A stretch of DNA of 64,000 nt from assembly GCA_964016885.1 (NCBI GenBank), contig OZ024744.1:89900001-89964000 (forward strand). Reading direction: 5' to 3'. The translations under genes were made by a program, and so were the position numbers. This document shows, piece by piece, positions 35,701 to 47,475 of this stretch. The DNA comes from Eledone cirrhosa (lineage: Eukaryota). Within the stretch, counting starts at the first letter, position 1, and each line of letters begins with the position of its first letter. The notes beneath the pieces are model-generated. The model was not told the DNA's origin. It was given only the letters and a program-made list of their open reading frames with translations, and ran no database searches.

Positions 35701-37414
35701 CTATCTAAGTCAAGCACACAGATCACGAATTTGTGGTCCGTGTAGCTGACTATCTTGAATTGTGGACAGCCTATGCTAGACCTATCTATTTCCCTACACA
35801 ATACTCTATCTAGATATGATCTGGATGACCCTATGCGATTTGTCCAAGTCCACATTGGCACATTCGGGAAATCCAATCGGTACCTGTCAGACAGTTCAAA
35901 ACGCCTGAACAGGTTGGTGGGGCTCTTGCACCCTCCTCCCCTATCCGCTAATCCCACACAGTCCCAGCGTGCATCTAAGATCCCATTCCAGTCGCCCACT
36001 AACACTAAAGAGCGGGACGTTCCAAGAAAGGTATCCAGACGCCGGAAGAAATCAGGCCGCCCTGCTCCTGTCAGGGCATAGACGGCCACTAGCCTGAAAG
36101 CTTGTCCGTCTCCGCTGGTCACGTCAAGCACCACCAACTTACCCTCTGGGTCCAGGAAGATGGCCCGTATGGCGAGATCCAAACCTCTCCGAAAAAGCAC
36201 AGCAACTCCACCCCCCGATCCCGGACGACTGGGAGATGCGTACACATCGTAGCCGCCGAAGATCGGTGCGAAGGCCCGTGCTTCGGAGATTCTGGTCTCG
36301 CTGATGGCCACTACATCTATGTTTTGTGACCTGAGGTCGTTGAGCAGGTGGCCCTGCTTCCATGACGACCCCAAGCCACGCGCATTTATGCTGCCTATTC
36401 TGAGTGAGGTCATGTTGAAATGGAGTGGAAAAGATGGGAAAGACCACTTACCTTACTTCTCGTAGAGGAAGGATGGTGTGTCCATCCTTTTCACTGCTTG
36501 TGGCCTCCTCCGGAAGGATGTCCTTATAAATCCTCCTGGAGAGTGCTTGTCGGAAGTCTCCGATGTCTTTGGGGAATTTTTGTTTCAGTGTCATGTATAT
36601 TTTCTGTGTGATGCGAGTGATTTGTATGTGTGGAGATGGTGTGAACATTTGGGTTGTTGTGCACTCTTTTTCTGTGATGCTGGTGTTGTGTTGGATGTAG
36701 TGTAATGATTGGTTGTTGTTCAAATTTATTGCTGTGTAGTGTGTATCGTTTTGGTTGTTTTGTTTTGTTTGCGTTTGTTGTGGGTTTGTTTCTGTTACGC
36801 TTTTTGGTGACTTTTGTGGTGTTGGTGAAGGTGGTGTTGGGGTTAATGATGGTGATGGTATTGGTGTTTGTGGTGATGGGGTTGGTGATGCTGGTGTGGA
36901 TGGTGGCATAGCTGTCCTAACTTTTTTGTTTGATAGTTTATTTATTTCCTTCTGTATTTTGTTTTTGGAGGGGGAGGGAAGGGGATTTTTTTCTTTTGGG
37001 GTTTCTTTTTCTTTTTTTCTTTTTTTCTTTTTTTCTGATACCGTTTCTCACTCCTCGTCGTCACAATCTGTCTCCAGTTGGGATAGGTCGGGGAGTGGAA
37101 AATCCTCCACAGGCGTTGGTTTTGGTTGTGGTCAGTTTGGTCAGGAATCTGGCTGTCGAAAATAAATGTTGTGGTATTTATATCTTTTCTGATGGTAGGA
37201 GAGGGTGGGGAGTGGGATGGGTAGAGGCCATTGGTTGAAAGAAAAGGGAATTCATTAAAAGCTAATTCTTTAAGGCTATAATTTATATTTAGAGTGATAA
37301 AGGCAGAAAGAATTCTAAAAACAAGTTCAAATTGGGGTGCCACTCCCCACCCTCTCCTACCACCAGAAAAGATATAAATACCACAACATTTATTTTGGAC
37401 AGCCAGATTCCTGA
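32752..37414 (-). mobile_element. L1/Tx1-clade retrotransposon with 5' inverted segment
   Basis: ORF2 at 33048-36413 and a low-complexity ORF1-like remnant at 36448-37340. The 3' end is AATAAAGAAAAC|(ATT)n. 37340-37414 is an inverted copy of 37141-37215. Confidence 0.88.
33048..36413 (-). CDS. Tx1-like ORF2: AP endonuclease + RT + C-terminal CCHC (1121 aa)
   Basis: SINARGL, ISETR, GDWNG, SYLDRV, TDHK (APE). GPGYWKLN, KSPGLDGLP, FRPITLLN, DQSKAFDRVDH, RQGCPLS, YADD (RT). CPRC..ETVLHALVQC. Confidence 0.92.
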   Translation of the reverse strand: MTSLRIGSINARGLGSSWKQGHLLNDLRSQNIDVVAISETRISEARAFAPIFGGYDVYASPSRPGSGGGVAVLFRRGLDLAIRAIFLDPEGKLVVLDVTSGDGQAFRLVAVYALTGAGRPDFFRRLDTFLGTSRSLVLVGDWNGILDARWDCVGLADRGGGCKSPTNLFRRFELSDRYRLDFPNVPMWTWTNRIGSSRSYLDRVLCREIDRSSIGCPQFKIVSYTDHKFVICVLDLDRLHRRGPGYWKLNASLPARKAYRDRISELVKRALTGAIVNNKWWFALKRAIRIESIRFSKALAIEKNRAEGELVRKLDEALSKGIATDVLAAKLALDQFFNAKHEGCVVRARVRALRHEGTKAVQWARVAEARRGNKATIRSLVDHDGRMLLDPGQMCEAFQRHFAQLFGGSGGPDRGMDFSVYLDGLPRLSATEAECCEKPITTAEVRDAMTSCTRGKSPGLDGLPYELYVQMPNLFGGLLADVYCNWQQNGRIPSSVSRGAVVLLRKDPNKGDNIDNFRPITLLNTEFKILAKVLAKRLALVVGGLVGEAQTCATPDRSIHDNLHLMRYIVERVAREPGTGGSLINLDQSKAFDRVDHRYLTAVLRAAGFGPVFRGWIAAMHSDICSVVRVNGHLSEPFNIMRSVRQGCPLSSLLYVLTLEPLLHKLETLRGVPRELGCGRSVSAYADDVTVVVSNAKHIEAIGTTLREYEAVTGAMINQEKSVGLQLGTWRGRSMPSNSVVGRWTDGPVKLLGVWFGPDLQTDKNWDEVTSRVASLTQKWAERKLSLKGRAEVANAYIASVIYYRLTVVPCPKPRLTALERLLFRFLWKGRAPMVRRSICCQHPLRGGLGMPWLMMRRHALRLRHLHLFLDGDQVWSPFARRVFPQLVSLTELQSWVKRRSRGSAWRLECLQSLTALDQSGNVIGGNSTLAFYRGLVEGKSDDVLGETLGVDENQLANLFGRTFGPGPMDNFQKSLAWQCYRGAFPVRDKLYRHGGAVRRACPRCAQGDETVLHALVQCPSIADLWVYVEHLLSRVGRIRLSAESIVRIAPPPSFSLEGQAVFICLVAMAKEIVWWTRLKGLKTSTYLFGDALINFFKFHLKRKIRVEREVLSSQILLKDG

Positions 37415-37455
37415 TGATTTCTAAAGAATGAAACAGTTCTAGTCCTGTAGAATCT
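37405..37455 (+). ncRNA. Type I hammerhead ribozyme candidate
   Basis: AGATTC-CTGATGA-TTTCT(aa)AGAAT-GAAA-CAG(ttctagtc)CTG-TA-GAATCT. Core and stems I and III are complete; there is a U-U pair at the base of stem II. Confidence 0.7.
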
Positions 37456-37694
37456 CATCTATATTAAAACTATATATATATATATATAAATTTTAGTACA
37501 GCATAGACGAAGCTCTAGTATACGGCCAAGCTAGGGTGTATGCTTATTCGGTTTGTAGCTTTAGCACTCAGATGAGGTAAGACCCCAGAGTATAACATTA
37601 TGTTGAGACAGCTTAGCAAATTAGATATAGCAGTCGGCAGTCCGACCGCATCACTAGAGCAACGAAATTACAAGACCCAGGTAAAGATATATAT

Positions 37695-37764
<70 letters not shown>

Positions 37765-37767
<3 letters not shown>

Positions 37768-38305
37768 TGAAATATGTGCCCACTAAAGCAAATAACCATA
37801 ATAATTATCGATCACTATAAATAATAATTCAGAAATCGAGTGAAGTACTCCTTAGCCGAAAGAAAAGGAAACAGAATCGTCAACTAGAGATCGAACTCCA
37901 CATTTCTTGAATACTTGGCGAGTGCGTTAAACACTACACTAAAGACTCGTTGGTTGCCTTTTCCGTCGTTTTAGAAAATGTTAAGCTTCTATGTAGAAGT
38001 GTAAACAAAGTTTGTTGAACATTTAAAATTTGAAAATAAGTGCGTCCCAATGCAAATAACCATAACAGTGGCCGATAACTATAAATAATAGTTGAGAAAA
38101 ATCAGGTAAAGTACCACTGGAGACGGAAAAATAGTGAACAGAGGTACCCCCGACGGAATCAAACCGCGTATCTCCTTGGGTGCAGGATGAATGCGTTAAT
38201 CACTACGCTCCTGGGGTACTTAGCCCAATTTTTGTCGAATGTTATTTATAGTGATTGACTATTATTAGGGTCATTTGCTTTCGGTCGCACACATTTCAAA
38301 CTTCT
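37765..38305 (-). repeat. Two diverged ~270-bp tandem units, each with a tRNA-like segment, plus an inverted partial third
   Basis: Shared gcaaataaccata..actataaataata. tRNA-like at 37877-37948 and 38143-38219 (GTACCCC..GGGGTAC acceptor-like stem, A/B-box-like motifs). Confidence 0.55.
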
Positions 38306-38424
38306 TAGGTCAACAGCTTTGTTTATATTATATGTATGTATCAATATGTACATGTATATATGTGTATATGTATATATGTGTGTATATAAATGTATAAGAA
38401 CATGTATGTATGCGTGTATATATG

Positions 38425-38511
<87 letters not shown>

Positions 38512-38517
38512 TAAAGA

Positions 38518-38622
38518 AGCGTGGCTGTTGGTTAGAAAATTGGATTCGCAATCGTGAGGTTGTGAGTTCGATTCCCAGACCGTGTGAAGCGTCATGTCCG
38601 TAAGCAGGACACTTTATTTCAG
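38518..38622 (+). mobile_element. Head of a second tRNA-SINE family (related copy at ~57660-57800, minus)
   Basis: gcgtggctgttggttag..gtgagttcgattcc..gtccgtaagcaggacactttatttc. Confidence 0.6.
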
Positions 38623-38699
38623 TAGGATTCCTGGATTTGTGACCGGTAGATAGTAGTTAGTGAAGTTAGTAGCAGAAAGGTGTAGGTGGTGGTCAGTTA

Positions 38700-39746
38700 G
38701 TGGATTAGTGGTTTCTGTCGGGAGGGGGTGTAGGGAGGGCTAAAGGAAGATAGGTGATGAGTTCAAACCAGTGGCGGTTCAGGTTTTGAAGCCGGAAAAT
38801 GGTTTGTTATTCGACCCTCAGTCAGGGTTCCGGAGCACGCAATAAAGCTGCAGACAGACAGAATACGGACGGAATGACCGGCGGAGCGGAAGTGCCGGGT
38901 GATGTGGGAATGGAGGCCGATGCGGATGTCGTGGAGGGGTTCGACAAACCGGTTGGCCAAACGGCGTCCTGTCTGTCCGACCATAGGTCGCTCTGCATTC
39001 CGTGCCGCGTCGTCTGTAGACAAGGGTGGAGGAGGTGCAGTGAAAGGGGTGCCGGATATTGAAGAAGTGGCCGTTATATATATATATATCAAAATAAGGA
39101 CGCTGCGGAGTTGCAAATGGGTTACATATGAAAAAGGTTAGTCCTTCATCAGTGATCTTCCAACCATCATAGGCATTTCGTCGCTTTAAAGACCATATAC
39201 CTCCGGTTGGTGCGAGCAACGGCTAAAAAAAGTCGTTGGGACACGTAAATAAAGGGGACACGAGTGTAAACAAACAAAGATGGTGAAGCAACAGAAAGTG
39301 AGGAAGAAAGAGAAAAGTCCCAGATTTCTATGAATTTAAATTCGGTGAAATCGTGAACGAGAGAATAAAGACCATCAAACCTGGTTGGAATGTGAGCAAG
39401 GAAGGAATTCCGTACAGGTCTAATGGGAGGAAGAAGGGGTCTGGTTTGCGAATTCGGTAAACATAAGTTCTGTGAAATCGTAGACGAGAGAGAGAAAAAA
39501 TTCATACCAGCTTGGCCAGCGTGCAGAAGAAAAGAATTACACACAGGTCAAACGGGAAGAAAGAGGAGGAGGAGAGGTAGTGACAGAGAATGAGTGAGTG
39601 AAAGGTGAGGAAGAGGCTAACAGAGAGAGAGAGAGAGACTGCTAGAAAGGGTATAGATACATAGAACGAAAAAGACATGTAGCAGCAGAGGAAAAAATAT
39701 GTGTAAATATGAAAATAAGGGCGCTGCGGAATTGCAAATGGGTTAC

Positions 39747-39750
<4 letters not shown>
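38700..39750 (-). mobile_element. Penelope-like remnant (GIY-YIG fragment plus pLTR-like part)
   Basis: GQTGRRLANRFVEPLHDIR..HITRHFRSAGH; CTGATGAAGGAC at ~39141-39152 (minus); ~37-bp direct repeat at 39091 and 39713. Confidence 0.65.
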
Positions 39751-39818
<68 letters not shown>

Positions 39819-39869
39819 ATATATATTTTATCTAATAATTCTAAGGACATGATTTATGATATATATATA

Positions 39870-41823
39870 TAAAACTAATGTAGGCAAAAAATTCCTAGAG
39901 CTCCTAGATAAACATTTCCCTGAACACATAGGTACTATAAGATCTTTAACAGAAACTGTGTCAAAATTAGCTATTCCTGCGGTCCCCCTATTAAGTCCTA
40001 TATCATCAACAAAATATCACCTAGAGAAAATCAAACTTGCTCCTGTAGAATCAAAAGTGAATGCCCATTACAAGGTAAATGCAACACCAAAGCCATTGTA
40101 TATGCGGCTAAAGTGACAACCATCAGCAACAACCATCCAGCCACCAGTGAACGATATGTGGGTATGACGCAAGACAAATTCAAAACGCGTTTTTACTCAC
40201 ATGTCGCATCCTTTCGACATCCAGAAAAAAGATTTACAACAGCTCTGGCTAGCAGAATTTGGGATTTGAAAGACCAAGGCATCCAATATAAATTAGATTG
40301 GTCGATTTTGAACCAATCTAAAGAATATGCTAGAGGAACAAGAAAATGCACGCTCTGCGTAAATGAAAAATATTGGATATTGCAAAATCTAAAATCACCA
40401 AAGACCTGCCTGAACACAAAGACGGAAATTTTCACCAGTTGCCCACACATGAAATCACACCTGCTTTCCAGCTCATATAAACTTAACACACTTTCAGATA
40501 CTTATCCTCCATAAACTCTTATTATTCTCTTTTTAATTACCCTTTCTGATTTACTTTCATTTTTATCCTTATCATTAATTTCATTTATTTTTATTTTTAT
40601 ATTTATTTTTTTATTTTTACTTCACATCCACCAATACCCCCCCCCCCTTTATTCTCCGATTCACTTACCTAATATTTTCACTTTCCATTTTTTACTTCCC
40701 TATTTCCTTCACTAACTGATTAAACATGTCATTTGTGTTTTCCACTCCAGATATATATATTTTTTTTATTTTTATTTTTTATTTTTGCGCAGCCAATCTT
40801 ACAATTTTATATTTGTACTTACTTATCCACAAGTTTTTTACACCCTGTATCAATGTGGCTGAACGCCTTAATGTGTATATACTTTCTATATATGTACATG
40901 AGCGACTACGTATGTGCGCGCGCGTGCGTGTATATATATATATATATGTATGCGTATGTATATGTGTCTCTATATCCGTGTTTTTACATCTAGGTTTTAT
41001 GTTTTGTTCCTTTTTTCTTCTCCCCCCCTTTTTTTACTTACTCATTTTTATGCGTGTGCATGCAAACAGGTCAATATGCGTGAGTGTAAGTATGTGAGTG
41101 TGTGTGTGTACGTATCGAACGTATGGATGTGTAAGTGTGCGTGTGTATATAAGCATGTATATTTTTGCGTTTCTTTTGTGAGATATACGTGTGTGTGTAT
41201 GTATGTACCTTTTTTGTCTTCTTTTCTTTAATTTTTTCTTTCTAAATTATTGTTCCATTTTTATAAATATATCGAGATTGATACTTTCCTTTAATTATTA
41301 CACTCCCTTACCTCTTTTACTTCCGCATCTAAGTGTACGTGTGTGTAGGTGTGTTTATGCGCGTGCCTTCATATTCTTATGATGTATCTATTCTGTCTGT
41401 AAATTACAGACATACAGATACATTTGCCCTAAATTATATATTTACGCATACTTTTTCACTATACGTATACATATGTGCATACACATATATGCACATCTGT
41501 GAGCGTATATACATACATATACACACACCTAACTATATTTCTTGAAAGATTATTATATATTTCATATTCTAATTAATTTGTCTATATCTTTTTTGTTTTT
41601 TTGCTTTTCTTGATGAGACTTTCCAAGTATTTACCCATGTTTTATATTGCCTCGTCTGACGAACGAATGAAGACGTTTCTTTCGTATTCGCCTCATTCGG
41701 GAAACCTCTGGTAATGAGGTAATTATATTGTATTGATTTTTATACATTAAAATTTGCTCTGATACTTACATAGAGCACTCTTCACTTCTATGACCTTTTC
41801 TGTTTTCAACGGAAATTTCAATA

Positions 41824-41825
<2 letters not shown>
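39870..41825 (+). mobile_element. 5'-truncated Penelope-like element (GIY-YIG, long 3' UTR, hammerhead) in (TA)n
   Basis: TNVGKKFLELLDKHFP; YVGMTQDKFKTRFYSHVASF..TALASRIWDLK..CTLCVNEK..SCPH. Confidence 0.85.
41646..41723 (+). ncRNA. Type I hammerhead ribozyme candidate
   Basis: ATTGCCTCGT-CTGACGA-ACGAATGA(22 nt)TCATTCGG-GAAA-CC(tct)GG-TA-ATGAGGTAAT: 10-bp stem I, 7-bp stem II, GUA cleavage triplet. Confidence 0.75.
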
Positions 41826-41859
<34 letters not shown>

Positions 41860-41939
41860 GGAGGTCATTTTTATTGTAGCACAATAAAGCAATACAAATA
41901 TCGGATAAGTAGCACTCTACAGTTTGTAGGACTGGAGTA

Positions 41940-42836
41940 TCATAATCTATAAAGCTCAGTGTGTGGTCATGCTCCTTCGTTATAGAAATCTACGATATAG
42001 AATTTCTTCAATTGAAATTTACAATTCAGTATTCGAAATAGTTTCGATTGCGTCTTGACGCAGATAATATTTTCAATTTCACCCACAATTACGCAAAAAA
42101 TAGATAAAACTCAATATTTTACGATTTTTCTCTCTCATTTAAACTGCTGAACTCTTTCTACTACCATTCACAATCTATACAACTTCATACTTTCTGCTAC
42201 TTTCTCTTTCCAAGCTTGATGGTGATACTGTCTGTTCACACCACTCCCTACTGTCTTAAATTTAGAAAACACATATCCTCTATGAGGTTACTAAACCTGC
42301 TAGAAACAGCAGCTAACTCTCCCCCATATCACAACCCTCCCTACTGTCTTAAATTTAGAAAACATATCTTCTATGGTGTCATTAAACCTGCTAGAAACAG
42401 CAGCTAACTCTCCCCCATTTCACACCACTCCCTACTGTCTTAAATTTAGAAAACACATATCCTCTATGAGGTCACTAAACCTGCTAGAAACAACAGCTAA
42501 CTCTCCCTCATATCACAACCCTCCCTACTGTCTTAAATTTAGAAAACACACAGACAACCATGCAGAACAACTCCATCGCAGCTCTGTTGTTCGGCTGGCA
42601 TCGTCTACGCGCGTGTTGCGCAAGTACTGTGAAACAATAAATTTCAACACTTTTTTGCACAGAGATAATATCCATAGGCGAAACTACAATTGTCACTGCT
42701 GGCGCAGTTCATGCTTCCAGGTCTGCAATTCATTCACCCAGTGCCTGGCAGACAAAAAAGTGCTGCCATAAAATGGGTGGTGCAACCTAACTTTGGTAAC
42801 TTAATGACCCCGAGCAACGCCGGGCTTTAATGCTAG
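41940..42836 (+). mobile_element. Non-autonomous Helitron sharing termini with 2759-9397
   Basis: A|TCATAATCTATAAAGCTCAG start, ~295 nt matching the autonomous 5' end, ~92-bp internal tandem repeats, and a CCCGAGCAACGCCGGG..CTAG|T end. Confidence 0.9.
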
Positions 42837-42901
42837 TAAATAATATAAGATCAAAAGATGGTTAAGAGAGTTCCAAGTATTTTATTATGCGCATTTCAAA
42901 A

Positions 42902-42967
<66 letters not shown>

Positions 42968-42969
<2 letters not shown>

Positions 42970-43144
42970 GAGGAAATGTGGTAAGGAACCAGGTGGACCA
43001 TAACGCACCAAAGTACTCAATACTTAGAGTAGTAGAGTGGGTAATAGGAACGAGTAGGAACCCGACGGCTGAGCTCAAGCCGTTTCGACGGCTAATTCTG
43101 GAAGTCGAAACGGCTTGAGCTCAGCCGTCGGGGTCCTACTAGTT

Positions 43145-43149
<5 letters not shown>
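42968..43149 (-). mobile_element. Family H palindrome-headed element, copy 2
   Basis: Arms 43044-43089 / 43104-43149; (TA)n flanks. Confidence 0.65.
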
Positions 43150-43217
<68 letters not shown>

Positions 43218-43352
43218 TGATGTTGTTGTTGAGAAAACAACACCATACTTTGGGACAGGGCATATCAGAGGACCGAAATATATATAACAGCGAATAAGGA
43301 TAAATTTTTAATTTAAACCTGTTGACTTATATATATCAATATATATATATAT

Positions 43353-43400
<48 letters not shown>

Positions 43401-43512
43401 ATTCCGGTTTGTAATTATTTTCTTGATTTATTCTTAAATTGAGTCTGGTAAACCCTATTGTCTATAGTTAGTATTCTTTTCACCTTAGCGAATCTGGTCC
43501 CTTACGATTTGA

Positions 43513-43637
<125 letters not shown>

Positions 43638-43744
43638 CGTTTTTCTTTTATATTCAATTATAATATGCGGCTCGGAAAAATCTCTTTCCTAGAGCTATTT
43701 TATTGTAAGAGACTATTTTGAGTTTCTAACTCAATATATACCTT

Positions 43745-43836
<92 letters not shown>

Positions 43837-43838
<2 letters not shown>

Positions 43839-44150
43839 CGTTTCTGAATTTGTTTAGCAAGATTCTTTATCTGAAAACGTGTGTTGAAACCGATATTGTT
43901 ATACTTTGGGAGGGTCATGTTGCCAATAAGAAACACACGCACCAGTTGCTTTCACTTCAATTTATTATAAATTAAATTTATAAATTTAGGAATTTATAAA
44001 TTTCCGGTTGTTTGGTTGGTTCCACAACCAGATGATTATTCATATATTGTCAAAGTACTTTCGTCACACATTCTGTGACCTCTTCGGTGACTGGGGATTC
44101 TTTTCTTTGTTTTTGTGCCTCTCCATTGTTCTGTCCTACGCCATCTTGTT
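43837..44150 (-). mobile_element. PLE family P1 fragment with hammerhead motif
   Basis: Reverse complement of ~55-375. Confidence 0.7.
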
Positions 44151-44323
44151 TTTGTGTGTATTGTGTGCTTAGTTTGCGCATGTGTTGCATCCGGGTGTCT
44201 GTGTGTGTTTATATGTGTTTATTTATTTGTTTATTTATTTGTTTATTTACAGGTTACAACATTTATATTTGTTTATTTATTTGTTTATGTATTTGTTTAT
44301 TTACATGTTACAACAACAGACAC

Positions 44324-45076
44324 AGTCACGGAAAGTGGATATTATCCACTTTCCGTGACTTACCATCTGATTAATTGGTGAAATATATTTCTTTAATGGG
44401 ATATATACAAGGAAAGTTAATCACTCTTAAAGGTAAATATTGCCTAAACTAGCTATACGCGGTTACACGCAAGCTTAAATTATCTCCTGTGATTATTCAT
44501 GTATTTTTATATGTTAATCAATCTCTAGTTATTATAATATGCTCAGATGTATTTATCTTTGAGCTTAATTCTCAGGATATATGGCGCATGCATTATGTCA
44601 TGACACCCATGATTTCGATTTAGATTAAATTCATTTAATTCATTTATCTTAATTTTGGACTTATATATATATATACGGCTCCTTAATTGTAGAGCTATTT
44701 CTGTTGAGAAGAATTTTGACTGTTATTTCTAATTGTCGAATACCTTTTCACGCCACTGAAACGAAACCGCTATCTTGTGTGGACGCAACACGTGGTAACG
44801 GATATTTGAAGATTTGATCTCGCTCTGTAAGCTCGAATGGCTGGATAATTATCTATTTCCTTGTTGACAATCCAATAATATCCACTTTCCGTGACTTACC
44901 ATCTGATTAATTGGTGAAATATATTTCTTTAATGGGATATATACAAGGAAAGTTAATCACTCTTAAAGGTAAATATTGCCTAAAATAGCTATGCGCGGTT
45001 ACACGCAAGCTTAAATTATCTCCTGTGATTATTCATGTATTTTTATATGCTAATCAATCTCTAGTTATTATATATA

Positions 45077-45078
<2 letters not shown>
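44324..45078 (+). repeat. ~200-bp direct repeats (44343-44542 and 44879-45078) with a fold-back at the left end
   Basis: Palindrome agtcacggaaagtggata-t-tatccactttccgtgact; near-identical direct repeats in a pLTR-like arrangement. Confidence 0.65.
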
Positions 45079-45123
<45 letters not shown>

Positions 45124-45125
<2 letters not shown>

Positions 45126-45270
45126 TAGCAGAATGGCCCGGCGTTGCTCGGGATTTGCTCTAGGGTTCTTATATATTTTATATATATTTATCCTTATCGA
45201 GCCTCGTGAAATAAATACGTTTGTTTATATTTTGTTATTGTGTATGGAAAAATATCTGTATACGAATATA

Positions 45271-45352
<82 letters not shown>

Positions 45353-45976
45353 TAACAGATTAAAGTTTAAGCAAAGAATCGCTGCTTTCACCCTTAACGG
45401 GATCTTCTGAAACTACAAAAATCAATCTGTGAATGCAAAAGTAAATATTTCGAAAAACGTTACACACTGTATATATATATACACATACTATATATATATA
45501 TACATATATACACACACACGCGCACACAGCGTCATAATGTCGTAATGCATACAGACAGATATTTGGCAGTATTAGTAGAGGGTCGAACGCCATGCTTTGC
45601 CGTATAGAGTTACGGCCCTTTATGATCTGAGTTCAAATCCCGCTGAGGTTAACCTTGCCTTTCATCCTTAAGGGGTCGATAAAATAAAGTACCAGTCACG
45701 CACAGGAGTCGATTTAATCGACTTTCCCCACCCCCAAAATTGCTGGTCTTGTGCCTATATAAGAAACCATTATAAGGGCGCAACGTTATATGTATCTATC
45801 TAAAAAGAGAAAGACTAAGAATTATAGAGAGAGATCGCTAAATCGCCTAATGCGGTCCCTAGGGCATTGAAAATTTGAAAAGCTCACAGGACCATAAGTA
45901 TTACATGTGTAAAGTTTAAAAACAATTGGTTGGGTGGTTCTCGAGTTTTAGTGAGTGGTCAGACAGACAGACATTC

Positions 45977-45990
<14 letters not shown>
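45124..45990 (-). mobile_element. Non-autonomous Helitron with a nested SINE (~45562-45772, plus)
   Basis: A|CTAGCAGAATGGCCCGGCGTTGCTCGGG on the plus strand is the 3' end; the other end reads ..gacagacattctgttttatatat. Homologous to 960-1755. Confidence 0.8.
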
Positions 45991-46010
<20 letters not shown>

Positions 46011-46013
<3 letters not shown>

Positions 46014-46690
46014 GATTTGAATGGATACAGTTTAGTTGAAAGGAATTTATTGACACGTGTTTCTATAACAGTTACATAACCTGAAAACAGCTGCTATCTA
46101 CAAAGTATTAGTTATGCAGACATTCAATATTTCAATGTTATTATCTACTGTCATTTCATCAGAATAATATTACTGAGGATCTGTTTGGTTTTTATAGAGA
46201 ATATTAGGAGGGAGGGGTGAAGTTGTTAGAAGAATAGTTGAGGGATTGGTTTTTTGATAGCAGTGAGAATTTTTGGTGGCAGTGAGTAATTAGATTCCCA
46301 TCTGTTGTTTTGACATTTTTATAGAATATATTATTGGTTATTTTTCTAAATCTATAGAAGGATTAGAGATAGTAAAGATTCGCGTGGTTGGTTTTGTGTT
46401 TGCACTTAATTAACATTCAGACTTAAATTTTTCTTTCAAGTGTACGTATCCTTTCGCCCACGCATTCACACACAAACATATTTGCACACCTCTACAAAAT
46501 ACATATACTCACATTCACATAGTAACATGTTCATACTTACATACATATACACATGCATACATATATATATACACACATGTATTCATGTACATGCATACGC
46601 GTTCATGTGTATACATTTTCATACTCAACTTATCTTTATATACACACGTATAGACACACACATATATACATACATACTCTAGTCTATGTG

Positions 46691-46786
<96 letters not shown>

Positions 46787-47277
46787 CACTTTAATACATG
46801 AATACACTTACATCTAACTATACACATCAAACATATATATATATTTACTTATTTATATACATTTTCACATATATATACATACTTATGGTCGCTTTTAGAC
46901 ACATTCATTATCGCATATTTGCACCTATTCTCATCAGCATATCTTACCATTATTAGTGTGGTAATTTAAGGTTATTAATATACATATATATATGTTGAGA
47001 AGAGATTGTTTTTATATTTTTATAACTAGATTGAGGTTTATATAGTTGGGGGGATGTCCCTCTTTTATGTAATATTCGGCTTGTAGTGGGAAAAAAGGGT
47101 TGTAACTGTTATAGAAACACGTGTCAATAAATTCCTTTCAACTAAACTGTATCCATTCAAATCTTTCTATTTTTCTCCGGATTACTTTTGGAACTACAAC
47201 TGGAACCGTCGAGCAAACTCTACGTGAGCTGTCAATCTACTGTGTGTAATATTTATATTACAACACAACGGAAAATA

Positions 47278-47280
<3 letters not shown>
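46011..47280. mobile_element. PLE-like remnant with ~65-bp inverted arms
   Basis: 46012-46076 is the reverse complement of 47102-47166 and contains GAAACACGTGTC (hammerhead 3' half with a palindromic stem III). Confidence 0.55.
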
Positions 47281-47346
<66 letters not shown>

Positions 47347-47375
47347 TTCCTGATGATTTCTAATGAATATATATA

Positions 47376-47425
47376 GATTCCTGATGATTTCTAATGAATG
47401 AAACAGTTCTAGTCCTGTAGAATCT
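47376..47425 (+). ncRNA. Second copy of the 37405 hammerhead, with its 5' half duplicated (47344-47369)
   Basis: AGATTC-CTGATGA-TTTC(taat)GAAT-GAAA-CAG..CTG-TA-GAATCT followed by the same catctatattaaaac-(TA)n tail. Confidence 0.7.
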
Positions 47426-47437
47426 CATCTATATTAA

Positions 47438-47475
<38 letters not shown>

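Noticed and set aside
33039-36447. Many overlapping plus-strand and alternative-frame ORFs (likewise within 23064-26108)
   Set aside because: They are shadows of GC-rich retrotransposon coding sequence.
38143-38219. Functional tRNA gene
   Set aside because: The anticodon arm does not pair cleanly and the A/B boxes are altered, so it is kept only as tRNA-like.
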